From the IMG/VR virus record IMGVR_UViG_3300033073_001332, positions 96,001 through 160,000 of that record: a DNA stretch of 64,000 nucleotides. One strand, 5' to 3'. Each line of letters begins with the position of its first letter. Positions within the stretch are counted from its first letter, which is position 1. A model generated the notes under the pieces. That model was given only the letters and a program-made list of their open reading frames with translations. It did not search any database and was not told the DNA's origin. A program made the position numbers and the translations under genes. Of this stretch, positions 40,601 through 50,722 are shown in pieces. This DNA is from a virus (taxonomy: Duplodnaviria; Caudoviricetes).

Positions 40601-43600
40601 TAACGACCGGTGTAAAAAACAGAAAAATTAATAAACCAAATCCATATACGGCATTAGGTTATTTGTTTTTAAATTCATTACCTCTCATCACAACGAAGGA
40701 AAAAATTAAAAATTTTAATGGGACCGTTGCGACCGATTTAGATTATTTAGCCGCGACCTTTAATAAGTTCTCCGCAATACATCAGGTCCCATATGCTTGG
40801 GTTTTAAAATATGGTTCAATTTGGCATAGATATAAAAACTATGTGAATAACAAAGTTGATATATTAGATGATGTTTGGAAAGATTTTGATTATAAAAATG
40901 CTTACGACCCTATAAGTGGTAATTCATATACACCATATACAATTTTAAATTATAGCGGTAACCCTCAACAAATCACATTACAAGGATTTAATTTTATTGG
41001 TACGTTCCCTAACATATCGGGAATAATGAATATTTTCAATACTGGATTTTACCCACAAGTTGTTAATTCAGTGGAATACTACCTTAATGGTAAAGATTTA
41101 TTCACAGGTTATACTGCCACTGATTTTTCAGATGTATATAAAAATAAAGGATTTAGAATAGGATTTACAAATAAGTCAGCATCTAATTTCCCTGACGTAG
41201 ATACACAAAGTGGATTTACAACTTCATTGATAAAAACAAATGCGTATGTCTATAGAGTTGATACCAGTACCCAAGCACCTGGTAAAAAAATAATAGCATA
41301 TCCATCTATGGGTGGAGTTCCTTTTGACCAAGCAATATACGAATGTCTTGATGAGAATAACAACATGACTAAAAATCTAGTTGACAACAATGCAATGTTT
41401 AATGGTACGGTTAGAACCTTATGGGGTGTATCTAATTTTGGTTACTTTGACACGACCCTAATTAAAAAACCAAAACCAACAGAATACATTAAAGTAATAA
41501 AGACAAACACAGACACTCAAAATGATTTTGATTTAACTAATAACCAATCAAGTTATTCGTCTATAGAGGAAATCTTTAATTTGTTCGATGTAGATTTGTT
41601 AGATAAAATGGAGGCTAAGTTTTTAACTTTCTGTAATCCAAACCCATCTGCAAATGATTTATTATTAAATGATGAGAATATAAAAACGACTTACACTAGT
41701 ACAGGTGGATTAACAAATGCTAATTTGAAATTATTGAAAAATCAAATTGGAAGTATATTCACTTTTAATACTTGGGGATTTGACGGAACCAACGAAGAAA
41801 ATGATAGTAATTCAATTATCGATGACCAAAAAAATTCAGTCTATACTTCCCTAAATGAATTTTTAAATTTTGACTGCGTTATTAAAATAGGTAACCCAAC
41901 ACAATTTGATAGAAAACTTTTTGATTCATTTAGTAATCTAACATTACTACAAACGGTAGATAAATTAGAATTTGATAGGTATAAATCCGGTCAACTACCT
42001 GGTGACACTTCACCGGTAACGTTAACAGAAAGTTTAAGTAATAATTCAGAAGCGTGGAAAGCGTTAAGAAAATATGTAGGGTTTTCATCTATTAGTGGAA
42101 TTGATTATCAAAATCAAGTTGATAGTGCATTTCCATCAGTAAGTGGGATTACAAACACATCTACACAATCCGTTGAGTTACAATTAATAGGAACGTTTTC
42201 ATCACCATTTCCCGTAAATTCAGGAACAACTGAAATCATCAATGTTCAAAAAACAGATGGAACGTACCAAGTCTTCAAAATAATCGGAGAAGCGAACCCA
42301 CAAGATATAGTAAATAAAGTTCAAACAATAAGTTTTTACCAACCATTTTCTAACATCGAAGATAGTACAAACATGGTCCCATCTTCTACGGTAAATAACT
42401 TTACAACGAACTATCAATATATTTCGACAATTCAAGATGTATCACCTGGTGAATATCAGATGGTTGTGACATACTTACCAAATTTGTTACAGATAACACC
42501 AATTAAATTAATTGCTTCTGTATCAACATATCCTGGTAATCAAACTACAACACCTTTTATTACCACACCTTTACAAATACCACAACCATTCCCAAATTCA
42601 GATAAATCATATGTGTCTGATTTCTTTTTTGATAATGATATAAGTTTCACAAAAGAAAACGTGGAAATTCTTTATCCTTTGATAAGACTCTATGTTGAAC
42701 AAAAAAGACAAGACAACGATTTTAACAAAACTAAATTTACTACATATATCAATGATTTCTTACTTGATAGATATAATCTTCAAGATAACATGGTCACTGA
42801 GATGTTTAGTAACTTAAATAAGATTTTAAAAAATATTGAAGTAGATATAGGTCTTCCTAAAACCGCTATGAATGGAGATGCAACAAAACTTTCAACATAC
42901 AACACATTAAAAGGTTTTAACGATAAATGGATTGCTGGTTCTGATTTAAAAACAAATACATTGTTTGAGGACTTTTTATTTATGGACAGGGCGAATAGCG
43001 ATTTAGGTGATAGTTTTATTTTGGATGTGGATAAAGTAGTTAGTAGACTTTCAATTGATACTAATCAAAACCAAAGTTTAATGTCCTTAATTAGTTCTAT
43101 TTTGGAGGATAATTATTTCATTTTCATGGCTATGCCGGCTTATATTAATTTTTACGGTATACAACAAGCGTTAAAAGATGGACAACCATTAAAAGATAGT
43201 GAGATAGGTAATAGTTTGTTTGGAACATATTTAGAAGTCGATTACACAAAATCAAGTCCTAAATTTTTATGTTTATATATTGGTAACCCTTCTGAATATC
43301 CAAAACCAAAAGAAAATACATTTAATAGATTTGGTGATGATAGTTTTGATTTAAGAGTACCTGACAATCCTTTAAGGGTATCAAACACTAATACAAATTA
43401 CTCTTTGAGTAATCGAGTTGTTGGTTTCGCGGTTGATTTTGGAATAAGAAATCAAAACATATTTAAAAGTTTAAGTTTAGATATGTCTGAAATGAAAAAC
43501 ACTTCAGAATCATTCCAAGTTTATGCTGATATGGGTAGTTCAGTTGCGGGTGATAAAGTTGGACAACAATCGCAATCACTTTATAGTATTTACAAGTCAA

Positions 43601-44562
43601 GGTCATATGCTTGCGGTGTATCATCTATGGGTAACGCAATGATACAACCAACTATGTATTTTATTTTAAGACACGTCCCAATGTTCTACGGACCTTATTG
43701 GATTACGGAAGTTAATCACAACGTTTCAGAAAGAGGGTTTGACACAGATTTCAAAGGGACAAGAATACCTAAGTACGCTTTACCAAAAATTGATAACTTA
43801 TTAGCGTCAGTTAATAAAGATGTATTAAGTAAAATCAAAGAGATTGCCTCTAAAGATAGAAAACCAAAATCACAAGAAAGAATTGATGAAGAAAAATTAT
43901 TAAGTACAAACCCTACTTTAACCACATTAGTTGGCTCTGATACTAAGTGTCAAGACAATATACCTAATGAATACAAATCAATTCCTTTTGAAGATTTAAT
44001 TCAGACAACGTTTACTACAGGTGATATATATCCTCGCATAAAACAAGCAACAACCGATACAAAAATGAGAGCGTTAATATGGGGTATAGCTCAAATAATG
44101 AGTGGAACGTCACAAAATAACGGAGTATATAATTGTATTAATAATAACCCTTTTGAAATTAACACAAACACAATACATAAAGGAAATCTTAATTCCTACA
44201 TAAAAAAACAATCATGTGTTCAAATATCAAATAATTCTGTAAGATTAGTCAAGTTTGACGATTTATCTGAGTCAATTAATTTCATGGTATCATTTATGAA
44301 TCAAGTAATAAACAATGTGGAACCACTTAAAGCATTAAATACAGACACCAACGAAGATAGAAGTTATGGTAAATCACTTTTCCAATTGGCGTACACTACT
44401 TGGTTAACACCATTAGCGTTTAGTAATGAACTTGATGCTGCAGGAATTAAACAAGCAACACTAAATGAATTTTCTGGTTCAAATGGTAGTGAAAAAGTTT
44501 ACAACATATTTGTTGAAGTTTTTACTCGAGCTTATGAGTATTTTAAACAAAACCCGAACTAG
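37609..44562 (+). CDS. Giant baseplate hub protein (gp27/gpD-like termini with large insertions)
   Basis: N-terminal P.V.IELVD..G and FF.FPYP.F.LTLKGYYG; C-terminal MGNAMIQP.MYF....G.YWITEV.H. Confidence 0.6.
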   Translation: MAVRQKQNKKIYIETDYDNIVVVNPNEVYTPDGNKEERLVDHEDLVYYANLETFIIPRTKLAVGENFDSPVVNTTIATMFAGDDALKVNFLKPKGKTEFDTSWSNQLTGEGSRQGMASNQTTERVVSFEGRQSFRRGVKNNEDTQLLGMKSIKVNVKGTGVPEVNIELVDIQGRSLFEQGENSLYSAFFNFPYPLFYLTLKGYYGKAVRYRLSLMSFNASFDADTGNYNISLKLIGKFTALLFDTPLSYAITAPKMYNTQITVTEPNGNKSYFNTYKGRQKLKEVYDTYKRKGLLPSDFPVLSIEDFIYRVENYKTGLKNDLTKQEDFTKLNDLQDFADNLNKLKTEVFEYAINQYLDRNSYYVVGQEIYYPFKKDITFQSREDFKTKIKDRIQKYVSYLKENASFGEGKDAEYQINITIKNEKDVIRKLDFTTWSDNQENVRNTYQSRYNRPLASDDTQGYEKFIIDERATAILDTKVLNEKLEWVEDTPDYFVFGDKIISDGTYIKNSYLDKLDTMFSSLEAKQKIIEDRLTKFYAQQQLKQPTKGGGGLGFSPTIRNIFAIIMAGADAFYRLMEDNHQEAWNVRTEKDRLLAVIPAEKNFSVDAIKSIQKSSGELNDDNVVYPWPLYFTLEKQQNGSDLYTIQYPGDAKFIRQTKAYDYRIWPEVGFTEAFIKASLEKEKPESNYSYDNPTDVTKYVSCNALEFPFKTAPYQDLNAIKIFYEIFERTYLSSHYGNLPTQPTTKNQVDKFYGDIESLNLSLIAPEDITLNQNLRNFKFDMQKLIDYMKKISNDGQGQSWQTYIRDIFTTEYIQNLLKNINEIYSINTLENNSTQVSADLPLITNMREFLNDTSTSAKNTLDTYPFTDVDWLKKNMSNGDNIGAYEDFNNTTKSYVYLENKKTIARTDSKDNNTNLKLFTSKTVFENGTQVSFTNSNNPDLLINSSGTLKDYFTNRKEKDLYLTESYVDYGSDYSGNVKTSFQTTSLLNTPYFINALTTGVKNRKINKPNPYTALGYLFLNSLPLITTKEKIKNFNGTVATDLDYLAATFNKFSAIHQVPYAWVLKYGSIWHRYKNYVNNKVDILDDVWKDFDYKNAYDPISGNSYTPYTILNYSGNPQQITLQGFNFIGTFPNISGIMNIFNTGFYPQVVNSVEYYLNGKDLFTGYTATDFSDVYKNKGFRIGFTNKSASNFPDVDTQSGFTTSLIKTNAYVYRVDTSTQAPGKKIIAYPSMGGVPFDQAIYECLDENNNMTKNLVDNNAMFNGTVRTLWGVSNFGYFDTTLIKKPKPTEYIKVIKTNTDTQNDFDLTNNQSSYSSIEEIFNLFDVDLLDKMEAKFLTFCNPNPSANDLLLNDENIKTTYTSTGGLTNANLKLLKNQIGSIFTFNTWGFDGTNEENDSNSIIDDQKNSVYTSLNEFLNFDCVIKIGNPTQFDRKLFDSFSNLTLLQTVDKLEFDRYKSGQLPGDTSPVTLTESLSNNSEAWKALRKYVGFSSISGIDYQNQVDSAFPSVSGITNTSTQSVELQLIGTFSSPFPVNSGTTEIINVQKTDGTYQVFKIIGEANPQDIVNKVQTISFYQPFSNIEDSTNMVPSSTVNNFTTNYQYISTIQDVSPGEYQMVVTYLPNLLQITPIKLIASVSTYPGNQTTTPFITTPLQIPQPFPNSDKSYVSDFFFDNDISFTKENVEILYPLIRLYVEQKRQDNDFNKTKFTTYINDFLLDRYNLQDNMVTEMFSNLNKILKNIEVDIGLPKTAMNGDATKLSTYNTLKGFNDKWIAGSDLKTNTLFEDFLFMDRANSDLGDSFILDVDKVVSRLSIDTNQNQSLMSLISSILEDNYFIFMAMPAYINFYGIQQALKDGQPLKDSEIGNSLFGTYLEVDYTKSSPKFLCLYIGNPSEYPKPKENTFNRFGDDSFDLRVPDNPLRVSNTNTNYSLSNRVVGFAVDFGIRNQNIFKSLSLDMSEMKNTSESFQVYADMGSSVAGDKVGQQSQSLYSIYKSRSYACGVSSMGNAMIQPTMYFILRHVPMFYGPYWITEVNHNVSERGFDTDFKGTRIPKYALPKIDNLLASVNKDVLSKIKEIASKDRKPKSQERIDEEKLLSTNPTLTTLVGSDTKCQDNIPNEYKSIPFEDLIQTTFTTGDIYPRIKQATTDTKMRALIWGIAQIMSGTSQNNGVYNCINNNPFEINTNTIHKGNLNSYIKKQSCVQISNNSVRLVKFDDLSESINFMVSFMNQVINNVEPLKALNTDTNEDRSYGKSLFQLAYTTWLTPLAFSNELDAAGIKQATLNEFSGSNGSEKVYNIFVEVFTRAYEYFKQNPN

Positions 44563-44587
44563 GATATATTTATATAATAAAAATATT

Positions 44588-44815
44588 ATGAATAATATGA
44601 AAGCACTATTAGATGATTATTTAAAAAAAGATACAAGAGTTACTCAAAAAGATGCCGGTAACGGATATCAAGAAGTTTGTGACTTAGATACAGGTGATTG
44701 TTATACTATCAGAATGAAAGATGGTTTAATTGAAAGAGTGGATAATACCATGAAAACAAATAGAACATTAAAAGTTGAAACACCACAAGGAGTTAAGACA
44801 TTATTAAACGGTTAA
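44588..44815 (+). CDS. Hypothetical protein (start 44588, not 44465)
   Basis: ATG 13 nt after TATTTATA (44567-44574); the longer call overlaps the previous gene. Confidence 0.65.
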   Translation: MNNMKALLDDYLKKDTRVTQKDAGNGYQEVCDLDTGDCYTIRMKDGLIERVDNTMKTNRTLKVETPQGVKTLLNG

Positions 44816-44825
44816 AAAATAACTA

Positions 44826-45506
44826 ATGAGCATAGAAAGAAAAATCTTAGAAGAATTAAAACGTTTTAATCAAATTAATTCTTACATCCTTAATGAGCAA
44901 CCGGAACCACCTGTTGGTGATTTACCACCGGCAACTGATGACGCGGCGGCACCAGCACCTGATGCTGCGACGACACCTGATGCAGCACCTACGGACACAG
45001 ATGCTCCTGATGCCGCGGCACCTGCACCTGAAGCAGGAGGTGAAACAATACCTGAACCTGTGGATATTGAAAATGACCCAGATGTAGAAGAAGTTGGTGC
45101 TGAAGAAAAAACTGAAGGTGATGAAGAATCTGAAGAAATTGATATTACAGACCTTGTAACTTCACAACAAGAAATTCAAGCAAAACAAGATGAGTTTATG
45201 GATGGTATGTTTTCTAAATTAGATGATTTAGCATCAAAATTAGAAAATATGGACCAAATCATGAATAAGATAAATGATTTAGAAAGTAAGTTCGAAAAAT
45301 ACAGAGCTAAAACACCTGAAGAAAAGTTAGAACTTAGAAGTTTAGATTCATACCCATATAACCAAAAACTTACAGACTTTTTTGATGACAAAAAAGATGA
45401 AATGGAAGAAACAGGAAAAAATGAATATGTCTTAACTTCAGACGAAGTTGAAAATTTTTCACCTAATGAAGTGAAAAAAACATTTAATATTTACGACAAC
45501 GAATAG
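44826..45506 (+). CDS. Acidic protein with P/A/D linker and coiled coil, possibly prohead core or internal protein
   Basis: ILEELKRF..I..Y.LNEQ N-terminus, acidic low-complexity region and heptad segment. Confidence 0.5.
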   Translation: MSIERKILEELKRFNQINSYILNEQPEPPVGDLPPATDDAAAPAPDAATTPDAAPTDTDAPDAAAPAPEAGGETIPEPVDIENDPDVEEVGAEEKTEGDEESEEIDITDLVTSQQEIQAKQDEFMDGMFSKLDDLASKLENMDQIMNKINDLESKFEKYRAKTPEEKLELRSLDSYPYNQKLTDFFDDKKDEMEETGKNEYVLTSDEVENFSPNEVKKTFNIYDNE

Positions 45507-45547
45507 TAAAAAAATTCAAAATATACAATAGTATTTATACTAAAAAT

Positions 45548-45570
45548 AAGGGGAGTCATCCCCTTTTTTT
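45548..45570 (+). terminator. Rho-independent terminator
   Basis: AAGGGGA-GTCA-TCCCCTT plus T tract. Confidence 0.8.
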
Positions 45571-45571
45571 A

Positions 45572-45602
45572 TTTGACAAACTTGAATATTCACTTATATT
45601 TG
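45572..45602 (+). promoter_or_regulatory. Bacteroidota-type housekeeping promoter for the replication operon
   Basis: TTTG (45572-75), 19 nt, TATATTTG (45595-602) matches -33/-7 TAnnTTTG; palindrome TGAATATTCA in the spacer. Confidence 0.7.
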
Positions 45603-45637
45603 TTATAGATAAAAGAGTAATAATTAAAAATTTATTT

Positions 45638-46492
45638 ATGGCAAATTCAGTATTAGATTCAGTACTTGCACAGTACGAAAAAAACGCGACCACCTCAAGT
45701 TCGCAAAGACAAAACATCTCACAAGAAGACAGATTGAAAAAGTATTTTTCAGCAATTCTTCAAAAGAATGAAAAATCCGCATCACGTAGAGTTCGTATCT
45801 TACCTACAAAAGATGGTTCATCACCATTTGTTGAAGTGTGGTATCATGAAATCCAAGTAAACGGACAATGGGTAAAGTTGTATGACCCTGACAAAAATGA
45901 CAACGAACGTTCACCATTGACTGAAGTTTATAATGAACTTATCTCAACGGGTAAAAAAGAAGATAAAGATTTAGCATCTCAATATCGTTCACGTTTATTT
46001 TACATTGTAAAAGTAATTGACCGTGACAACGAACAAGATGGTGTTAAGTTTTGGAGATTCAAACACAACTACAAACAGGAAGGTGTATTAGATAAAATCT
46101 TACCTATTTGGAAAGCTAAAGGTGATGTTACAGATGCTGAAAAAGGTCGTGATTTAATCATTGAACTTACAAAGGCAAAAACACCACAAGGAAAAGAGTA
46201 TACGGTTATTCAAACAATTATGTACGATGACCCACAACCACTTCACGAAGACAAAGAAATCATGGAAGGATGGTTACAAGATGAACTTACATGGAATGAT
46301 GTTTATTCAAAAAAACCTGTAGAATATTTAGAGGCAGTTGCAGTTGGAGAAACACCGATGTGGTCATCTGAACTTAAAAAGTATGTTTACGGTGAAGAGG
46401 CTGAAATTTCACTTGGAGGTTCAAAAAAAGAAACACCAGCGCCTGCTGACCCACAAGCGGACGAAGAGCCGGCAGAGGATTTACCATTCTAA
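45638..46492 (+). CDS. Single-stranded DNA-binding protein (gp32-like)
   Basis: RVRILP...PFVE.WYH, D..KGRDL.I, and acidic tail ending EDLPF. Confidence 0.8.
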   Translation: MANSVLDSVLAQYEKNATTSSSQRQNISQEDRLKKYFSAILQKNEKSASRRVRILPTKDGSSPFVEVWYHEIQVNGQWVKLYDPDKNDNERSPLTEVYNELISTGKKEDKDLASQYRSRLFYIVKVIDRDNEQDGVKFWRFKHNYKQEGVLDKILPIWKAKGDVTDAEKGRDLIIELTKAKTPQGKEYTVIQTIMYDDPQPLHEDKEIMEGWLQDELTWNDVYSKKPVEYLEAVAVGETPMWSSELKKYVYGEEAEISLGGSKKETPAPADPQADEEPAEDLPF

Positions 46493-46499
46493 ATTAATT

Positions 46500-46542
46500 A
46501 AGCTTGGACATTTACTTAGACATAGTGTCCAAGCTTTTTTTA
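46500..46542 (+). terminator. Hairpin terminator/attenuator after the SSB gene
   Basis: AAGCTTGGACA-15 nt-TGTCCAAGCTT plus T tract. Confidence 0.7.
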
Positions 46543-46563
46543 TTAACTAATTAAAACAAAAAA

Positions 46564-46785
46564 ATGAAACCAATTATTGCAGAAAAATTGAAAGATGCTT
46601 TAATCAAAAAGTATGAAGCACAAATTGCAGATGCCGAAGCTCGTTTATATGTTTATTTTACAAACTCTGTTGGTATTGGAGAACATCCACAACACACAGA
46701 AGAAATGGACATTTTGGTTGGACAACTTACCGACGCAAAAGATAAGTTAGAAACCATTACAGAATTTAAATTATACGAATTGTAA
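46564..46785 (+). CDS. Small helical hypothetical protein
   Basis: 73 aa with a VGIGEHP motif of a type seen in T4-like phages. Confidence 0.65.
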   Translation: MKPIIAEKLKDALIKKYEAQIADAEARLYVYFTNSVGIGEHPQHTEEMDILVGQLTDAKDKLETITEFKLYEL

Positions 46786-46786
46786 T

Positions 46787-47794
46787 ATGGCTATTAAGAA
46801 AAACGATTTCGGTTCATTAAAGAAAAAATTCTCCACATCGGCGAAGTATAAACCACAAAGATTTTTTGATTTGGGTTCTGACTTCTTGGATGCGGTTGGT
46901 TTACCAGGTCCTGCTATTGGACACCTTAATATGTTGTTAGGACACTCTGACACTGGAAAGACAACTGCTCTTGTTAAAACCGCAGTTGACGCTCAAAAGA
47001 AAGAGATTCTACCCGTGTTCATTATTACTGAACAGAAGTGGAGTTTCGAACACGCAAAGTTGATGGGATTCCAATGTGAAGAAGTTGTGGACGAAGAAAC
47101 AGGTGAACTTGATTGGGACGGGTTCTTTATCTTCAACAACAACTTTGAGTACATCGAACAAATTACAGACTACATCAATAGTTTGTTAGATGCACAAGAA
47201 AAAGGTGAATTAGATTATTCATTATGTTTCTTGTGGGATTCAGTTGGGTCTGTTCCTTGTAAGATGACTTATGAAGGTAAAGGTGGTAAACAACATAACG
47301 CAAGTGTTTTGGCTGACAAAATCGGTATGGGTATCAACCAAAGAATTTCAGGTTCACGTAAATCCGATTCTAAGTTTGAAAATACACTTATCATTGTAAA
47401 TCAGCCTTGGGTTGAATTACCTGATAACCCATTCGGTCAACCTAAAATCAAGGCAAAAGGTGGTGAGGCTATTTGGTTAAACTCATCATTGGTGTTCTTG
47501 TTCGGAAATCAAAAAGGTGCAGGTACAACTAAAATTACCGCAACCAAAGACAAACGAACGGTAAAGTTTGCCACAAGAACAAAAGTATCCGTTATGAAAA
47601 ACCACATCAACGGACTTGGGTTTGAGGATGGTAGAATTATTGTGACACCACATGGGTTCTTACCGGGTAAAGACACAGCAGAGGAGAAGGCTTCCGTAGA
47701 AAAGTATAAAAAAGAATATGCTGAGTATTGGAAGGAAATAATCGGAGTTGATGGTGACTTTGATTTGAAAGCAGAAAAGGAAGAAGTAGAGTAG
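46787..47794 (+). CDS. uvsX: RecA/UvsX-like recombinase
   Basis: Walker A GHSDTGKT, WDSVG, IVNQ and KGG.A. Confidence 0.85.
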   Translation: MAIKKNDFGSLKKKFSTSAKYKPQRFFDLGSDFLDAVGLPGPAIGHLNMLLGHSDTGKTTALVKTAVDAQKKEILPVFIITEQKWSFEHAKLMGFQCEEVVDEETGELDWDGFFIFNNNFEYIEQITDYINSLLDAQEKGELDYSLCFLWDSVGSVPCKMTYEGKGGKQHNASVLADKIGMGINQRISGSRKSDSKFENTLIIVNQPWVELPDNPFGQPKIKAKGGEAIWLNSSLVFLFGNQKGAGTTKITATKDKRTVKFATRTKVSVMKNHINGLGFEDGRIIVTPHGFLPGKDTAEEKASVEKYKKEYAEYWKEIIGVDGDFDLKAEKEEVE

Positions 47795-47815
47795 TAACAA
47801 TTAAAAAACAGAAAA

Positions 47816-48823
47816 GTGACAAAAACCTTATTGGTTGATGGGAACAATTTAATTAAAATTGGTTTTCATGGGGTGAAAGATTACTTTCACAACGGACAAC
47901 ATATCGGTGCTATTTGGCACTTTTTGAATACTTTAAGAAAGTTCTTAGAAGAAAACAACTATAACAAAGTTGTGGTATTTTGGGATAGTGACACAAACTC
48001 ATCACAGAGAAGGTTAATATACCCTAAATACAAATTGAATCGTAAGGGCCTTTCAAACGAGTACAAACAAGAATCATACGATGGACAAAAACAACGTGTC
48101 AAACAATATCTTGAGGAGATGTTTGTAAGACAAGTTGAAGTAGAGCATTCTGAGGCTGATGATTTAATCGCTTACTATTGTAAAATTTCCGAAGATGAGA
48201 ATAAAACTATATTCTCAAGTGATAGAGACCTTACACAGCTTATATCTGAAAAGGTTTCTATCTATTCACCATCCGCAAAAAGATATTATAAGAATGGGGA
48301 TACAATCAAAATGAGTGATTTTGAAGTTCCCCATTATAATGTCAAAACAATCAAAATTCTTACCGGTGATAGTTCGGACAATATCGATGGTATTTTCTAT
48401 TTAGGTGAAAAAACATTGTTTAAGTTTTTTCCCGAGATACTTGAAAAACCTGTCGATTATACCGACATTCTATCTAAGGGGGAAGAACTTCTTAAAGAAA
48501 ATAAAGACAATAAATCATTACAAAATCTTTTGTCAGGAAAAACAAAAGAAGGTATCTTTGGTGACGAGTATTATGAAATCAATAAAAAACTTATTGATTT
48601 GAGTAATCCTTTAATCACACAAGAAGGAATAGATTTAGTTGAGTCATACTACTCAGAATCATTAGACCCAGATGGGAGAGGTTACAAGAACCTTATTCGA
48701 ATGATGATGGAAGATGGTTTATTTAAATACCTACCTAAAGTAGATGATGGTTGGATTTATTTTTTGAAACCATTTTTAAAGTTAACAAGAAAAGAAAAGT
48801 CAAAATTCAAAAACAAAAAGTAA
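47816..48823 (+). CDS. 5'-3' exonuclease / flap endonuclease (T4 RNase H / PolA N-terminal family)
   Basis: LLVDGNN, YKLNR, EADD, SSDRDL.QL and GDSSDNI.G. Confidence 0.92.
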   Translation: MTKTLLVDGNNLIKIGFHGVKDYFHNGQHIGAIWHFLNTLRKFLEENNYNKVVVFWDSDTNSSQRRLIYPKYKLNRKGLSNEYKQESYDGQKQRVKQYLEEMFVRQVEVEHSEADDLIAYYCKISEDENKTIFSSDRDLTQLISEKVSIYSPSAKRYYKNGDTIKMSDFEVPHYNVKTIKILTGDSSDNIDGIFYLGEKTLFKFFPEILEKPVDYTDILSKGEELLKENKDNKSLQNLLSGKTKEGIFGDEYYEINKKLIDLSNPLITQEGIDLVESYYSESLDPDGRGYKNLIRMMMEDGLFKYLPKVDDGWIYFLKPFLKLTRKEKSKFKNKK

Positions 48824-48827
48824 AATT

Positions 48828-49280
48828 ATGAAAGAACAAAACGACGTAACAAAAGTTGAATTTCTTATCACACTAAATGACAATTTCGTGGTTCAGAGAT
48901 TTTTTAACGTTAAAGGGTATAACCCAAGAACCAAAAATAGTGTTGAGTTAATGAACTACATGTTTGGTTTAAGAGATGATTTGAAAACACAACTCCGTAA
49001 CAAATGTGCGGTTTATATGTTGGAAAATAGATTTCAAATCGAAGAGGATGCGAGTGTACTCGACACGTCAAATACAGATGGACCTGAAAGATTTAATATC
49101 ATTTTAAAAATAGGAAATGAGACAATTTGTCACTATGTGATTGACGCTAAATTATACCCACCAAAGGTAAGATATACGCTGGATGTAAGACCATCAATAA
49201 AAAACATATTGAAGAACCTTACTGACATTTTTTCAGCTAAAAATTTATCTTACAACTATATGAATTATTCGTTAGTCTAA
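48828..49280 (+). CDS. Hypothetical protein in the replication operon
   Basis: 150 aa ORF between exonuclease and helicase. Confidence 0.7.
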   Translation: MKEQNDVTKVEFLITLNDNFVVQRFFNVKGYNPRTKNSVELMNYMFGLRDDLKTQLRNKCAVYMLENRFQIEEDASVLDTSNTDGPERFNIILKIGNETICHYVIDAKLYPPKVRYTLDVRPSIKNILKNLTDIFSAKNLSYNYMNYSLV

Positions 49281-49320
49281 TCATATTTATCATATACAAC
49301 AATAAAAAAAATCAAAAAAT

Positions 49321-50709
49321 ATGTCAGATAAAAAAAGTTTTGGATACCTTGGGAACACATTTCAAATTCAATTATTGAATAACATTATATTATATAAAGA
49401 TTTCTCAAATTCCATTCTTGAAGTTATCGACCCACACTATTTTGACAACCAATATTTTAGAATTATTTGTCAAATGATTAAGGAATATTATTCCAAATAC
49501 GAACACACACCAACGTTTGATACTTTAGAACAATTAACAAAATCAGAGGTTTCATCACCAATGGCACAAAAAAGTATTTTGGACACTTTAGACCAAGTAA
49601 AAAACGTGTCAGATGAAGGTTCAATCTTTGTTCAAGAAAAATCACTAAAGTTCTGTAAACAACAGGAGTTACAAAAAGTAATGACTAAAGCTCAATCAAT
49701 TATCGATAAAGGTGATTTTGAAAGTTATGACCACCTTGAAGAAATGGTAAGAGGAGCATTACAAGTTGGTGAAGTGGATAAAGGAACCACAGATGTGTTT
49801 TTTAATTTGGATGAGGTATTGGATGACGACTATAGACACCCAATTCCAATTGGAATTCCTGGTATTGACAATCTTCTTCGTGGAGGTTTGGCAAAAGGAG
49901 AAATTGGTGTTATCTTAGCACCAACAGGTGTAGGTAAGTCTACCTTTACTACAAAAATCGCTAACCACGCATTTAACTTAGGGTATAATGTTTTACAAGT
50001 ATTTTTTGAGGACAACCCAAAAATTATACAAAGAAAACACATCACACTTTGGACAGGAATGCACCCTGACGATTTAACTGAAAACAGAGATGATGTAGTA
50101 GAAAAAGTTAGACACATTCAGTCAACTATGAAAAATAAGTTGATATTGAAAAAACTACCATCTGATACCGTGACAATGAACCAAATAAAAAACCAAATCA
50201 GAAAAATGATAGCCGAAGGAACAAAAATCGACGTTATCATTTTAGACTACATCGATTGTGTGGTTCCTGATAAAATGTTAGGTGATGAGTGGAAAAGTGA
50301 AGGTTCAGTAATGAGAGCATTTGAAGCCATGTGTCATGAGTTAGATATTGCTGGTTGGACTGCAACTCAAGGGAATAGAAACTCTATTTCATCTGAGGTG
50401 GTTACAACTGACCAAATGGGTGGGTCAATTAAAAAAGCACAAGTGGGTCACGTAATTATTACGGTTGCTAAAAGTTTACAACAAAAAGAAATGAATTTAG
50501 CAACTATAGCAATTACTAAATCAAGAATTGGAAAAGATGGGATTGTCTTTGAAAACTGCAAGTTTGATAATGCAATGTTAGATATTGACACAGAACAAAG
50601 TGTTACGTTCTTAGGATTAGAAGAACAAAAAGAAGAAAAAAATAGAAATAGAGTTCGAGAGCTTTTAGAAAAGAAAAAGCAAAAAGAACAACAATCACAA
50701 AATAATTAA
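49321..50709 (+). CDS. DnaB/gp41-like replicative helicase
   Basis: [23 protein letters not shown] and KSR.G. Confidence 0.92.
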   Translation: MSDKKSFGYLGNTFQIQLLNNIILYKDFSNSILEVIDPHYFDNQYFRIICQMIKEYYSKYEHTPTFDTLEQLTKSEVSSPMAQKSILDTLDQVKNVSDEGSIFVQEKSLKFCKQQELQKVMTKAQSIIDKGDFESYDHLEEMVRGALQVGEVDKGTTDVFFNLDEVLDDDYRHPIPIGIPGIDNLLRGGLAKGEIGVILAPTGVGKSTFTTKIANHAFNLGYNVLQVFFEDNPKIIQRKHITLWTGMHPDDLTENRDDVVEKVRHIQSTMKNKLILKKLPSDTVTMNQIKNQIRKMIAEGTKIDVIILDYIDCVVPDKMLGDEWKSEGSVMRAFEAMCHELDIAGWTATQGNRNSISSEVVTTDQMGGSIKKAQVGHVIITVAKSLQQKEMNLATIAITKSRIGKDGIVFENCKFDNAMLDIDTEQSVTFLGLEEQKEEKNRNRVRELLEKKKQKEQQSQNN

Positions 50710-50722
50710 TTTAAATTTTATT

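Noticed and set aside
44465-44587. Longer start for the 44815 ORF
   Set aside because: It overlaps the hub gene end and the late motif; ATG 44588 fits better.
44900-45060. GC-rich patch with repeated CACCTGA(T/A)GC units
   Set aside because: Explained by Pro/Ala/Asp low-complexity coding, not a foreign insert.
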